Notes under the pieces: model-generated
Seen by the model: the letters and a program-made list of their open reading frames with translations, nothing else
The model's database searches: none
Told to the model about the DNA's origin: nothing
In this document: positions 1 through 9,790 of the stretch, piece after piece
Position numbering within the stretch: position 1 is the stretch's first letter
Layout: every line of letters begins with the position of its first letter
From: an uncultured Sphingomonas sp.
GTDB lineage: Bacteria; Pseudomonadota; Alphaproteobacteria; Sphingomonadales; Sphingomonadaceae
Length of the DNA: 53,077 nt
Assembly (NCBI GenBank): GCA_902806295.1
Contig: CADCWB010000145.1
Coordinates: 1-53,077, forward strand
Direction of reading: 5' to 3'
Position numbers and translations under genes: made by a program

Positions 1-473
1 CGCCCACTCGCCAGGTGGTGCGCGTGGGTGATCGCGACCGCCAGCGCGTCTGCGGCGTCAGGGCCAGCGATCTTTGCGCCCGGCAATAGACGGGCGACCA
101 TGGCGTGGACCTGCTCTTTGCTCGCGCCGCCGGTGCCGACCACCGCCTTCTTGACCAGTCTTGGGGCATATTCGCCCACCTCGATGGCCGCGCGGGCCGC
201 GCAGAGCAGGGCCACGCCGCGCGCCTGGGCCAGTTTAAGGGTGGAGCCGGGGTTTTGGTTGACGAACACCTCCTCGGCCGCCGCGGCCTGCGGACGGTGG
301 TCGGCGATCACGGCTTCGAGCTGCGTCGCGAGGTCGGCCAGGCGGCGCGGCAGGGGCTCGCCACTGCGGGTCTTCACCTGACCGTTGGCGAGGTGCGATA
401 GGCGGTTACCATCGGCGCGGATGATGCCCCAGCCGGTCGAGGACAGGGACGGGTCCAGGCCGAGGATGATCAG
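1..473 (-). CDS. ruvC: Holliday junction resolvase RuvC (3' end runs just off the window; probable CTG start)
   Basis: Minus-strand translation (L/M)[17 protein letters not shown]...[13 protein letters not shown]; directly downstream of yebC as in the conserved yebC-ruvC arrangement. Not in the ORF track. Confidence 0.93.
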   Translation of the reverse strand, partial: MIILGLDPSLSSTGWGIIRADGNRLSHLANGQVKTRSGEPLPRRLADLATQLEAVIADHRPQAAAAEEVFVNQNPGSTLKLAQARGVALLCAARAAIEVGEYAPRLVKKAVVGTGGASKEQVHAMVARLLPGAKIAGPDAADALAVAITHAHHLASG

Positions 474-1213
474 CCCAGCTGCTCCATCACCTCATCCGAG
501 ATCTGGTAATTGCCCCAGACGGTCTCGACATCGTCGTCTTCGTCGAGCGTGTCGATGAGCTTCATCAACTGCGCCGCGTCGTCTTCGGTGACGTCCACCG
601 GGGTTTGCGGACGCCAGGCGAGCTTTACCGCGGTGGGTTCGCCGAGCGCGGCTTCAAGCGCCTTGGCGACCTCGTGCATGCCGTCCAAACCGGTCCAGAT
701 TTGGTGGCCGTCCTCGTCGCTTTCAACATCGTCGGCGCCGGCCTCGATCGCGGCTTCGAGCACCTTGTCGGCGTCGCCCGCATCGGCGCCATATTCGATC
801 AGGCCGAGCCGGGCGAAACCGTGACTGACGGACCCGCCGGCACCCAGATTGCCGCCATTCTTGCTGAAGGCGGTGCGAACGTTCGTGGCGGTGCGGTTGC
901 GGTTGTCGGAGAGCGCCTCCACGATCAGCGACACGCCGCCGGGACCGAACCCCTCGTAGCGGATCTCTTCGTAGCTTTCCGCATCGCTGGCGGAGGCCTT
1001 GTCGATCGAGCGCTGGATATTGTCCTTGGGCATCGACTGTGCCTTGGCCGCGAGCACGGCCGCCCGCAGGCGCGCGTTCATGTCGGGATCCGGCAGCCCC
1101 ATCTTGGCCGCGACCGTGATCTCGCGGCTCAGTTTGGAGAACATCGCCGAGCGCTTCTTATCCTGCGCCCCCTTGCGGTGCATGATGTTTTTGAATTTGG
1201 AATGACCGGCCAT
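470..1213 (-). CDS. yebC: YebC/PmpR family protein
   Basis: [16 protein letters not shown]-terminus, [14 protein letters not shown] motifs. Confidence 0.96.
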   Translation of the reverse strand: MAGHSKFKNIMHRKGAQDKKRSAMFSKLSREITVAAKMGLPDPDMNARLRAAVLAAKAQSMPKDNIQRSIDKASASDAESYEEIRYEGFGPGGVSLIVEALSDNRNRTATNVRTAFSKNGGNLGAGGSVSHGFARLGLIEYGADAGDADKVLEAAIEAGADDVESDEDGHQIWTGLDGMHEVAKALEAALGEPTAVKLAWRPQTPVDVTEDDAAQLMKLIDTLDEDDDVETVWGNYQISDEVMEQLG

Positions 1214-1216
1214 GGC

Positions 1217-1537
1217 TTACCCCAGTTTGACGGCGGTGCCGCAGACGCAGACCATCAGCATCGAGCCGCCTTTGCCGAGTACTTCATAGTCGAAATCGAC
1301 CGCTATCACCGCATCGGCACCGAGTTGGATGGCCGAGCGCTCCATTTCCTGCATGGCGGCATTGCGCGCGTCCCTCAACGAGTGCTCGTACGAACCCGAT
1401 CGGCCGCCGACCACGTCCCGGATCGAAGCGAAGAAGTCCTTGAACAGGTCGGCGCCGACGATGACTTCGCCGCCGACCAGCCCGAGATACTCTCGAACCG
1501 GGCGGCCTTCGATGGTGGAGGTAGTGGTGGTGAGCAT
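1217..1537 (-). CDS. YbjQ/UPF0145 putative heavy-metal-binding protein
   Basis: TTTSTIEG...YLGLVGGE...[12 protein letters not shown]...GTAVKL. Confidence 0.9.
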   Translation of the reverse strand: MLTTTTSTIEGRPVREYLGLVGGEVIVGADLFKDFFASIRDVVGGRSGSYEHSLRDARNAAMQEMERSAIQLGADAVIAVDFDYEVLGKGGSMLMVCVCGTAVKLG

Positions 1538-1548
1538 GACGGTTCGTC

Positions 1549-1791
1549 CTAGTGCAGCCCGAGCGCGTTGCGGTAGGTTTCGAGCAGCGCGTCCTGCTCG
1601 TCCCGGGCATGCTTTTCCATTTTCCGCAGCCGCACGATCTGCCGCATGATCTTGCTGTCGTAGCCGTTCGCCTTGGCCTCGCCGTAGACATCCTTGATGT
1701 CGTCCGCGACGCCCTTTTTCTCTTCCTCGAGCCGTTCGATCCGCTCGATGAACAGCCGCAGCTGATCCGCCGCGACGTTGCCGTCCGCCAT
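1549..1791 (-). CDS. gapR: DUF2312 / GapR-like nucleoid-associated protein
   Basis: [20 protein letters not shown]...[13 protein letters not shown] signature. Confidence 0.9.
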   Translation of the reverse strand: MADGNVAADQLRLFIERIERLEEEKKGVADDIKDVYGEAKANGYDSKIMRQIVRLRKMEKHARDEQDALLETYRNALGLH

Positions 1792-1922
1792 GAATATCGT
1801 CCCCGCCTATCCGAAAATCGGTGCGCGCGGGCCTTAGGCGAGCAATGCCCGCCGCTCAAGCGGTTGAACGAGGTGCCGGGGGCGCTATGGCGTGGCCGCA
1901 ACACGGGAGAATAGCATTGGCG

Positions 1923-3377
1923 ATGTCGGTTGGCCCACGCGGGCGCAAGGTCAGGATCCTGGCGACGCTCGGCCCCGCCAGTGACACCCCTGAGATGATC
2001 GCCCAGTTGATGAAGGCCGGGGCGGACGCCTTTCGCATCAACATGAGCCACGGCGACCAGGCGGCAAAGGCGCAGCTGGTGCGGACTATCCGGGACCTGG
2101 AGAAAGAACTGGGGCGGCCGACCACCATCCTGTTCGACCTGCAGGGCCCCAAGCTGAGGGTCGGCAAGGTGACGGATGGCGGCGCGGTGGTGGAGACCGG
2201 CAGTCGATTCCTGCTCGATCGGTCGGACGAGCCGGGCGACTCAGCTCGGGTCGAGCTGCCTCATCCGGAATTGTTCGAGGCGGTGAGCGAGGGCGACCGG
2301 CTGCTGATCGACGACGGCAAGGTGCGGCTGCGGGTGGCGGCGGTCGGGCCGGAGCGGATCGAGACCATCGTCGAGGTCGGCGGCCGGATCAGCGACAACA
2401 AGGGCGTCAACGTGCCTGACGTGCTGGTACCGATTCCGGCGATGACGGAAAAGGACCGCAGCGACCTGCAGTTCGCGCTGGAGCAGGGCGCCGACTTTAT
2501 TGCCCTGTCGTTTGTGCAACGGGCCGAGGATGTCGAGGAAGCGCGCAAGCTGATCGACAACAAGGCCGCGCTGATGGTCAAGATCGAGAAGCCCTCCGCG
2601 ATCGAGCGGCTGGAAAGCATCCTGGCCCATGCCGACGCGGTGATGGTCGCGCGCGGCGACCTTGGCGTGGAGCTGCCGCCCGAACGCGTGCCACCGTTGC
2701 AGAAGCAGATCGTCGCCCGCTGCCGTGAGCTTGGCAAGCCGGTGGTGGTCGCGACTCAGATGCTGGAGTCGATGATCACGTCGCCGACGCCGACCCGGGC
2801 GGAGGTGAGCGACGTCGCCAACGCGATCTACGATGGTGCCGACGCTGTGATGCTGTCGGCCGAGAGTGCGGCCGGCCAGTTCCCGTGCGAGGCGGTCCAT
2901 ATGATGGATCGCATCGGTCGGACGGTGGAGGCCGATCCCAACTATGCCGCGCGGGTGCATTTCACGGCGACCCCGGCCGAGCCGACCACCGCCGATGCAC
3001 TGGCCGAGAGTGCCGGTAATATCGCGAACACCGTGCCGGTCGCGGCCATCGTTTGCTACACCTCGTCGGGCTCGACCGCGCGGCGGATCGCCCGCGAGCG
3101 CGGACCGGTGCCGCTGCTGGTGATGACCGCTAGCGGCAAGGTCGCACGGCGCATGGGGCTGGTGTGGGGCGTGCACGCGGTCAACACCCGCGACGTGTCC
3201 AGCTTCGAGGAGATGGTCGCCAAGGCCAAGCGGATGGCGCTACGGACCAAGATCGCCGGCCCGAACGATCGCCTGATCATCATGGCCGGAGTGCCGTTCG
3301 GGCAGGCGGGCTCCACCAACGTGATGCATGTCGTGCAGCTGATCGGAGACGAGCTGGACGATTACGCGGGAGCTTAG
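1923..3377 (+). CDS. pyk: Pyruvate kinase
   Basis: ILATLGPAS, FRINMSHG, DLQGPKLR, MVARGDLGVE, ATQMLESM, DAVMLSAE; start taken at ATG 1923. Confidence 0.96.
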   Translation: MSVGPRGRKVRILATLGPASDTPEMIAQLMKAGADAFRINMSHGDQAAKAQLVRTIRDLEKELGRPTTILFDLQGPKLRVGKVTDGGAVVETGSRFLLDRSDEPGDSARVELPHPELFEAVSEGDRLLIDDGKVRLRVAAVGPERIETIVEVGGRISDNKGVNVPDVLVPIPAMTEKDRSDLQFALEQGADFIALSFVQRAEDVEEARKLIDNKAALMVKIEKPSAIERLESILAHADAVMVARGDLGVELPPERVPPLQKQIVARCRELGKPVVVATQMLESMITSPTPTRAEVSDVANAIYDGADAVMLSAESAAGQFPCEAVHMMDRIGRTVEADPNYAARVHFTATPAEPTTADALAESAGNIANTVPVAAIVCYTSSGSTARRIARERGPVPLLVMTASGKVARRMGLVWGVHAVNTRDVSSFEEMVAKAKRMALRTKIAGPNDRLIIMAGVPFGQAGSTNVMHVVQLIGDELDDYAGA

Positions 3378-4243
3378 CGCCCTTCGAGCAGCGCCGGCAT
3401 CTCGCCTGGGATCTCGCGGGCGAGATAGCCGAGCGTCCCGACCTTGTCGCCGAGCCGCCGCCCAGCCTCGCCGTGGCACCAGACCGCCCATAGCAAGGCC
3501 GTAAGCGGGTCGGCGCGGCGGGCAAGCAGGCCGCCAACGATGCCGGCCAGTGTGTCGCCCGACCCTGAGATTCCGAGCCCGGGACCACCCCCGCGAAAAC
3601 GAAAGGCCTGGCCGTCCGGCGTCACGACGTGGCTCTCGACCCCTTTCACCAGGGTCACCGCATCGTAGCGGTCGGCGCAGGTGCGGGCGGCCGTGAGCGG
3701 GTCCGCCTCCACCTCTGCTTCATCGATGCCGAGCAGGCTGGCCATCTCGCCGGCGTGCGGCAGGAGGATCGCTGGAGTTTCGGAGCGCTGCACCTCCTGT
3801 TCGCGCGCCGGTAAGGCACGGAGCAGGGCGGCATCGAGCGCAACCGGGTTGCCATTGCCAACTAGCGCGGCGGCTAGTTTCGGAGCTTGCGCATTACCCT
3901 GCATGCCCGGGCCGGCAACCACCGCGTCGGCCTTGGCTGCGAGCTCAGCGAGTGGCTTGAGCGTGCTTGGTGCGAAGCCGCCGTCCCGCCCTTGCGCCAA
4001 CCCGACCACCATCGCTTCCGGCATGGCCATGGCGAGCTGTGTCGCTGCGCTGTCGACCGTGGCGATCTGAAGGCGGCCGGCACCGGCGCGCATCGCGGCC
4101 ATCGCCGCCAATAGCGCGGCGCCGGCGACATCGCGGCTGCCGGCGATGATCAGGATCGATCCGCGTTCATCCTTGTCGCCGGAGCCGATCGGGGGGAGCG
4201 GGTGCTTCTTGAGCAGCGCAGCATCGAGCGTCTGCACCTTCAT
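3374..4243 (-). CDS. Stand-alone NAD(P)H-hydrate dehydratase (NnrD/YjeF C-terminal, carbohydrate kinase family)
   Basis: DKDERG..IIAGS..AGAALL, GPG, LDAA, LLPHAGE, GSGDTLAG; ATGA overlap with upstream gene. Confidence 0.88.
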   Translation of the reverse strand: MKVQTLDAALLKKHPLPPIGSGDKDERGSILIIAGSRDVAGAALLAAMAAMRAGAGRLQIATVDSAATQLAMAMPEAMVVGLAQGRDGGFAPSTLKPLAELAAKADAVVAGPGMQGNAQAPKLAAALVGNGNPVALDAALLRALPAREQEVQRSETPAILLPHAGEMASLLGIDEAEVEADPLTAARTCADRYDAVTLVKGVESHVVTPDGQAFRFRGGGPGLGISGSGDTLAGIVGGLLARRADPLTALLWAVWCHGEAGRRLGDKVGTLGYLAREIPGEMPALLEGR

Positions 4244-5004
4244 CGCGTGCCCACAACGGCATCGGGCTCGGAGGTGACCGGCGCGCTGCTTTCCTCTAGC
4301 GGAGCGGCGTGGTTCCATAGTGAAAGCCGCGGGGCGCAGTCGAGCTCATTGGGGCGGAACTCGAACGCGCAGATGCCGCAGTTGAGGATCTCGGACTGTT
4401 TGTCGATGCCGAGGATCTGGGCCTCGTCGAGCTCTTCGAGAATGTAGCGCATGCACAGGACGACCACCTGATGGCAGACGATCAACACCCGGCGGTCGGC
4501 GTAATGAAGATTGATCGAGTTCATCGCCGAGCGCAGGCGCAGGATGACGTCCGCCCAGCTCTCGCCGCCGGGCGGGCGATGATAGAATTTGCCGAGGCGA
4601 GCGCGATGCCCCGCCTCCTCCGGATATTTCTGCCGGATGCCAAGGCCGGTAAGGCCGTCGAAGATGCCGAACTCACGCTCGCGCAGGCGTTCATCGATGA
4701 CCGTGCGGTGCTTGCCGCCGGCCAGACCGCCGGCTTCGCAGATCGCCTTGGCGGTCTGGCGCGCGCGGAGGTAGGGTGAGGAAAGGATGACTTCGGGCTT
4801 CTCGCCGTCCGGCAGCGCTGCGAACCAGCGTCCGGCCGCGGCCGCCTGGCGGTGACCGAAGTCGGACAGCGGGACGTCCACGTCGCGAATGTCGATTGCT
4901 ATCCGCGCCGCGCCCGATCCTTCCGCCGCGTCGCGAGCGACATTGCCTTGGCTCTGGCCGTGGCGAACCAGCCACAAACGCTCAGGCCAGTGTGATCGGG
5001 GCAT
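4240..5004 (-). CDS. Histidine phosphatase (phosphoglycerate mutase) family protein
   Basis: LVRHGQS, SSPYLRARQT, LREREFG, GGESW, VCHQ; GGAGG RBS upstream of ATG 5004. Confidence 0.9.
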   Translation of the reverse strand: MPRSHWPERLWLVRHGQSQGNVARDAAEGSGAARIAIDIRDVDVPLSDFGHRQAAAAGRWFAALPDGEKPEVILSSPYLRARQTAKAICEAGGLAGGKHRTVIDERLREREFGIFDGLTGLGIRQKYPEEAGHRARLGKFYHRPPGGESWADVILRLRSAMNSINLHYADRRVLIVCHQVVVLCMRYILEELDEAQILGIDKQSEILNCGICAFEFRPNELDCAPRLSLWNHAAPLEESSAPVTSEPDAVVGTR

Positions 5005-5024
5005 TTGTCCTCCTGCTTCTGCCG

Positions 5025-5050
5025 AACGAAAAGCATGAGGAGGGCGTTGG
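5025..5050 (-). promoter_or_regulatory. EcfG (sigma-T)-like promoter CCAAC-N17-CGTT
   Basis: Minus strand CCAAC gccctcctcatgctttt CGTT, about 20 nt upstream of the histidine phosphatase start; -35 deviates from GGAAC. Confidence 0.45.
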
Positions 5051-5068
5051 GTCCAGTGTCGCTGCCGG

Positions 5069-7225
5069 TTAGCGCCCGGGCAGGTTCTCGGCATGGAGCA
5101 TGAAGTCGTTCAGCGCATGCTCCAGCGGGCGGAGGATCTGGCCACGACTGGTGGCGAGCGTATTGTCGGCTTTCGCACCGCCGCTGTCGCGGATCTTGGT
5201 CGGCGATAGGCCGGAACGATCGGCGACCTCGCGGGCCAAGCCGTGCCAGCTGATGCTGCCCTCATTGGCAAGGTGCCAAAGCCCGGTTTCACCATCGAGC
5301 AGCAAGTCCAGCGTGGCATGGACCAGATCGGGCACATAGGTCGGCGAGACGACCGCATTATCGCTGGCTTCGACGTCCTGGCCCTTGGTGAGCCGATCGA
5401 GTGTGCCCCACAGGAAGTTGTGGCGGTCCCACGGGCCGAAGAAGGCGCTGGTGCGAACAATCAAGGCCTGCGGATCGATCGCCAGGACGCGGTCCTCGGC
5501 GTCGGCCTTGCTCTGCCCGTAGACGGACGTGGGGCTGGTCGGATCGGGCTCCAGATAGGCGCGGCCAAGCTGACCGTCGAACACGAGGTCCGAACTGAAA
5601 GTGACGAACGGTATGCCACGTCTGTGACAGGCGGCGGCAAGCAACTCGGGCCCAGTGGTGTTGATCCGGAAGCAGTCGTCGGGCTGATGTTCGGCCTCGG
5701 GCACCCGGACGAAGCCCGCCGTGTTTACCACCGCCCATGGCTGCAGCCGATCAAGCGCAGCTTCGATGCTGGCGAGATCCGTAATGTCCATCGCCCGGCG
5801 GTCGGTCAGCACATGCGCCAAACCGCGGTGGTGGCACAGCCGAGCGAACGCCTGGCCAAGTGTACCCGTGGCACCGGTGATCAGCAGCGGACGCCGGCCG
5901 AGATGATGCGGCTTGCACTCGGCACCACCATGGTAGAACCGGTTGTTCCGCCGCCACCAGGGACGTCCCTGGGTCACCGGATGGTTGAGCATCGACCCGC
6001 TGGCGATCGCCTTTGCCGCATGGGCAACCATGGTGGGCCGAAGCTTGCCTCCGCGCGTGTCGAAGGCGCCGACATCGTAGACGCCCTCGCGCTTGGTCAG
6101 CAGCGAGCGCCAGTCGACGTTGCCGAACAGCGACCAAAGCGTGACGGCCCGGATGTCGACACCCTCGCCGCGCACCTTCTCCGCAGCATTCCAGACATCG
6201 TGGAACCAGCGCACCTGCTCCTCGCGGGTGCAACCATGGTGCACCTCGGTAATGGCCAGCGGAATGCCGTAGCGCTCCCATGCCTCGCGCAGGCGCGCCG
6301 CTGGCCCGGTCCGGCCCTGCAGGTGCGGCATGCGCACAGCCTCCACGTCGACATAGCTATCGATGCCGTTGGCGCCGACCGGCTGGTCGGGATACCGTTC
6401 GACCCGCTCGTCGAGGTAGCGTTCGCTGGTCAGGTAATGGTTGATGCCGATGATGTCGGGCGTCGCCTCGCCCGAGCGCAAGTCGTTGAGCACGGCCTCG
6501 GGCACGTTCGCGGATCGCAGCATCGCCCAGAAGGGATGCTTCGGATCAACCCGGCCGGCGAGCAGGTCCAGGCTCAGCCAGCGCCGTTCATTCTCGTGCC
6601 GGGCCTGATAGGCCAGCTTGCGCGTAGCGAAGGTTTTGCCGAGGTCCTCGGTGCTGACCAGCAGCGCCGCCGGGTTGACCTCGCGAATGGCTCGCATGGC
6701 TGCCAACGTCGCTTCGCACTCGTGCGCCAAGGCCTTCAGGAAACTGCCGAAGTTCTTATGGTGAGGATACCAATGGCCGTAGAGGCATGAAAAGCGAGCG
6801 GTGGTCAGCGGCTCGTTGACCGGAGTCCACATCTCGATCCACGGATAGCGCTCCGCGACCGCCTTCGCGTAGCGGGCCAGCTTGGTCGCGAAGGCGGGGT
6901 CGAGCAGACTGGTGTAGCGAGGACCGGAGCCGTGATGGACCAATCCGCCGATGACCTTGACGCCAAGCTCCCGCAACCGGCGCAGGCGCTCGTCGTGCCA
7001 GGCGAAGTCGAGCTGCGCGGGATCGTCCGGCGCAACCCGCTCCCACACGATTGGATAGCGCACGGTGCGGATGCCGAGGTCGGCGATGGCGTCGAGATCG
7101 GCCAGACGATAGGCGTGACCGGTCTCGACGACCTGATCGCGAAACTCGTCCTCGATGCGCACGACGGTGCATTCCACCCCGCCCCATAGTTGGAGCGGGG
7201 TGTTGTTCGACACTTCCTCGGTCAT
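5069..7225 (-). CDS. Fusion: family-1-like glycoside hydrolase + RmlD-like (dTDP-4-dehydrorhamnose reductase) SDR domain
   Basis: N-term WGGVECT, acid/base VNEP, nucleophile ITEVH; C-term ITGATGTLG, SSDLVFDG, YGQSK, VSPTYV. Confidence 0.88.
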   Translation of the reverse strand: MTEEVSNNTPLQLWGGVECTVVRIEDEFRDQVVETGHAYRLADLDAIADLGIRTVRYPIVWERVAPDDPAQLDFAWHDERLRRLRELGVKVIGGLVHHGSGPRYTSLLDPAFATKLARYAKAVAERYPWIEMWTPVNEPLTTARFSCLYGHWYPHHKNFGSFLKALAHECEATLAAMRAIREVNPAALLVSTEDLGKTFATRKLAYQARHENERRWLSLDLLAGRVDPKHPFWAMLRSANVPEAVLNDLRSGEATPDIIGINHYLTSERYLDERVERYPDQPVGANGIDSYVDVEAVRMPHLQGRTGPAARLREAWERYGIPLAITEVHHGCTREEQVRWFHDVWNAAEKVRGEGVDIRAVTLWSLFGNVDWRSLLTKREGVYDVGAFDTRGGKLRPTMVAHAAKAIASGSMLNHPVTQGRPWWRRNNRFYHGGAECKPHHLGRRPLLITGATGTLGQAFARLCHHRGLAHVLTDRRAMDITDLASIEAALDRLQPWAVVNTAGFVRVPEAEHQPDDCFRINTTGPELLAAACHRRGIPFVTFSSDLVFDGQLGRAYLEPDPTSPTSVYGQSKADAEDRVLAIDPQALIVRTSAFFGPWDRHNFLWGTLDRLTKGQDVEASDNAVVSPTYVPDLVHATLDLLLDGETGLWHLANEGSISWHGLAREVADRSGLSPTKIRDSGGAKADNTLATSRGQILRPLEHALNDFMLHAENLPGR

Positions 7226-7245
7226 TCGTTTCTCTCTGGCCCGGC

Positions 7246-9627
7246 TCAGATGGCCAGGCGCAGCTCCCTGCGTGGAGCGCCAATCGTGGCGCGGGCCTGG
7301 TCCAGGCGGCGGAAGGTGGCGAGCGCCTGTCCGACGATCTGGTCCATGTTGTAGTAGCGGTAAGTCGCCAGCCGCCCGACAAACGTCACGCCCGGGGTGG
7401 CATCGGCCAGCGCCTCATACTTCTTGAACAGCAGCTGGTTCTCCGGCCGCGGGATCGGATAGTAGGGATCGCCCTCCGCCGACGGATATTCCAGCGTGAT
7501 GGTGGTCCGCGGATGGGTCTGCCCGGTCATGTGCTTATACTCGGAGATCCGGGTGTAAGGGGTTTCCGTGTCCGGGTAGTTGACCACCGCCACCGGCTGG
7601 AACTGGTCCTTCTCAATGGTCGAGTGGACGAAGCGCAGCGAGCGATACGGCAGCTTGCCGAAGCGCCACTCGAAATATTCGTCGATCGGGCCCGTGTAGA
7701 TCACGTGCGCGGCGTCGATCTCGCCCTGAACGTCGCGGAAGTCGGTGCCGAGCGACTTGTCGATCAGCGGGTGGTCCAGCATCCGCTCGAACATCCGGGT
7801 ATAGCCCTCCAGCGGCATGATCTGGTGGGTGTCGGTGAAGTAGCGGTCGTCCGTGTTGGTCCGCGTCGGGATCCGGCTGGTCACCTGCTTGTCGAGCTCC
7901 GACGGATCGAGGCCCCACTGCTTGCGGGTATAGCCACGGAAGAACAGTTCATAGAGCTCCCGGCCCACGGCGTTGATGACCACGTCTTCCGAGGTACGGA
8001 TGTCGGCAACGGGTTCCGCCCGCGCGGCCAGGAACTCGGCGGCCTCCTCGTCGGTCTTGAGCCCCGCATTGAACAGCTGGTTCAAGGTGGTGCGGTTGAT
8101 CGGAATCGGCACCTGCATATCGCGGACGTTGGCGAGCACCCGGTGCTCGTACGGCCGCCATTGGGTGAAGTGCGACAGGTAGCTGACGATCTCGTCCGAG
8201 TTGGCGTGAAAGATGTGCGGCCCGTACTTGTGGTACAGGATGCCATGCTCGTTCAGTTCGTCGTAGGCATTGCCGGCGACGTGCGGACGCTTGTCGAGCA
8301 TCAGCACGCGCGCGCCATGCTGGGTCGCCAGCCGCTCGGCCAGCACCGAGCCCGCGAAACCGCAGCCGACCACAAGATAGTCGTACTTCTTGGCCTTCGG
8401 CATGGAGGTATAGTGGCCCGCGCCGAACGCCGGGCGCTCGATCTTGCGGGCCGGCTCCACGACCTGGTCGATCAGCGCCGCCATCCGGGCCTGGGTCGTG
8501 TCCCAGCTCATGTCGGCCAGCAGCAGGTCGACCTCGGCGAGCCATTCGTCACTCGAACGGGCGAGTTCGAGCGCCCGGTCGCAGGCGTCGACGAACTGCT
8601 CCGGCGTGCCGGCGATGCGCACCCCGGCGACCTTCTCGTAGTGACGCTTGACGTCGCGGATCGGGGTAGAGACCACCGGCCGCCCCGCGGCGAGATATTC
8701 GGGGGTCTTGGTCGGCGAGATGAAGCGGGTCGCCTCGTTGATGGCGAACGGCATCAGCGCGACGTCCCAGCCCGATAGGTAGGACGGCAGCTCGTCGTAG
8801 CTTTTGCCGCCGAGGTAGTGGATGTTATCGCGGCGGGGCAGTTCGTCGTCCGCGATTTTCACCACCGGACCGACCATCACCAGCTGCCAGTCGGGGCGGG
8901 CGTCAGCAACGGCTTCGATCAGCGCAAGGTCGATCCGTTCGTCGATCACGCCGTAGAAGCCGAGCCGCGGGCGAGCGATTGCCGACTGGTCAGCCGGATC
9001 GGCCAGGCCGGCGCGGGCGCGGCCGAAATGCTTGCGATCGACCGACGAAGGGAAGGGGTGGACGTTGCCGTGGCGCTTCTTCTTGGCCTCATAGAGCGAG
9101 TAACCACCGGTGAAGACCACGTCGGCGGCGTTCAGCAGCTCGGTCTCGAGATTCAGCAATTCCTGCGGCGCGAAGCGGAAGGCGGACAGCTCGTCCATGC
9201 AGTCATAGACGGTCGCCAGCGCATCCAGGTGCCGCGAGAAGGGCAGCATCATCGGTGTGTAATACCAGCGGATGAACTTGCCGTGCAGCGGCGCGACGAA
9301 TTGGTCGAGCAGCCCGCTCAGCACGGTCTGTTGCGCCTGTGCGTCGAGCCCCTCAGGGAGCAGCGGAGTGACGATGGTCAGGTTCGGCACGTCCTTCGAC
9401 GGACGGGCGTTGAGCGAGGGACCTTGGCCGGCAGGAGCGGGGATGGCCTCTTCCCAGACCACCACCGGCATCGACTTGGCGAAGCGGCCCATCAGGTGCT
9501 GCGGACGCTGGAATACGAATTCCCACCGCAGGTGCGAGAAGCAGATGAGAGTGGTCTGCTTGGTGGGGAACGCCGGAGCCGGTGTATTTCCCTCGTTACC
9601 TACGCCGACGTTATTCAACATCCCCAC
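7246..9627 (-). CDS. glf: Fusion: GT4-like glycosyltransferase + UDP-galactopyranose mutase
   Basis: N-term FSHLRWEFVFQRPQHL, YDCMDEL, SPTKTPEYLAAG; C-term YDYLVVGCGFAG, HKYGPHIFH, PYRSL, PYYP, GRLATYRYYNMDQ. Start may be ATG 9621. Confidence 0.92.
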   Translation of the reverse strand: MGMLNNVGVGNEGNTPAPAFPTKQTTLICFSHLRWEFVFQRPQHLMGRFAKSMPVVVWEEAIPAPAGQGPSLNARPSKDVPNLTIVTPLLPEGLDAQAQQTVLSGLLDQFVAPLHGKFIRWYYTPMMLPFSRHLDALATVYDCMDELSAFRFAPQELLNLETELLNAADVVFTGGYSLYEAKKKRHGNVHPFPSSVDRKHFGRARAGLADPADQSAIARPRLGFYGVIDERIDLALIEAVADARPDWQLVMVGPVVKIADDELPRRDNIHYLGGKSYDELPSYLSGWDVALMPFAINEATRFISPTKTPEYLAAGRPVVSTPIRDVKRHYEKVAGVRIAGTPEQFVDACDRALELARSSDEWLAEVDLLLADMSWDTTQARMAALIDQVVEPARKIERPAFGAGHYTSMPKAKKYDYLVVGCGFAGSVLAERLATQHGARVLMLDKRPHVAGNAYDELNEHGILYHKYGPHIFHANSDEIVSYLSHFTQWRPYEHRVLANVRDMQVPIPINRTTLNQLFNAGLKTDEEAAEFLAARAEPVADIRTSEDVVINAVGRELYELFFRGYTRKQWGLDPSELDKQVTSRIPTRTNTDDRYFTDTHQIMPLEGYTRMFERMLDHPLIDKSLGTDFRDVQGEIDAAHVIYTGPIDEYFEWRFGKLPYRSLRFVHSTIEKDQFQPVAVVNYPDTETPYTRISEYKHMTGQTHPRTTITLEYPSAEGDPYYPIPRPENQLLFKKYEALADATPGVTFVGRLATYRYYNMDQIVGQALATFRRLDQARATIGAPRRELRLAI

Positions 9628-9663
9628 TCACCTCACGCAAAAATGGCTGATAATGAACTTTTA

Positions 9664-9689
9664 AACTACGAAGCTCCGGTTCGGGTTCC
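9664..9689 (-). promoter_or_regulatory. EcfG (sigma-T)-like promoter GGAAC-N17-AGTT
   Basis: Minus strand GGAAC ccgaaccggagcttcgt AGTT upstream of the GT-glf fusion. Confidence 0.6.
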
Positions 9690-9717
9690 ATTGGCACGAA
9701 CTTTGCAGCGGCCTAAA

Positions 9718-9734
9718 TTGCTGCACTGCGGCAA
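9718..9734. promoter_or_regulatory. PhaR-like box TTGCTGCACTGCGGCAA
   Basis: Near-palindrome; shares the 11-mer TGCTGCACTGC with the phasin promoter at 38581-38591. Confidence 0.45.
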
Positions 9735-9790
9735 AGCGAGCTGAAAGGAGCGCCAGTCCGAGTAGGCCGGCGCTCCCCGCGCTCAATTCG

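Noticed and set aside
7051-8778. Long antisense ORFs (575 aa here; also 5243-6790, 12822-14096, 15623-17173, 29742-31283, 35330-37264, 42781-44031)
   Set aside because: They are shadows of well-supported genes on the opposite strand or in another frame, expected in high-GC DNA, and show no recognisable motifs.
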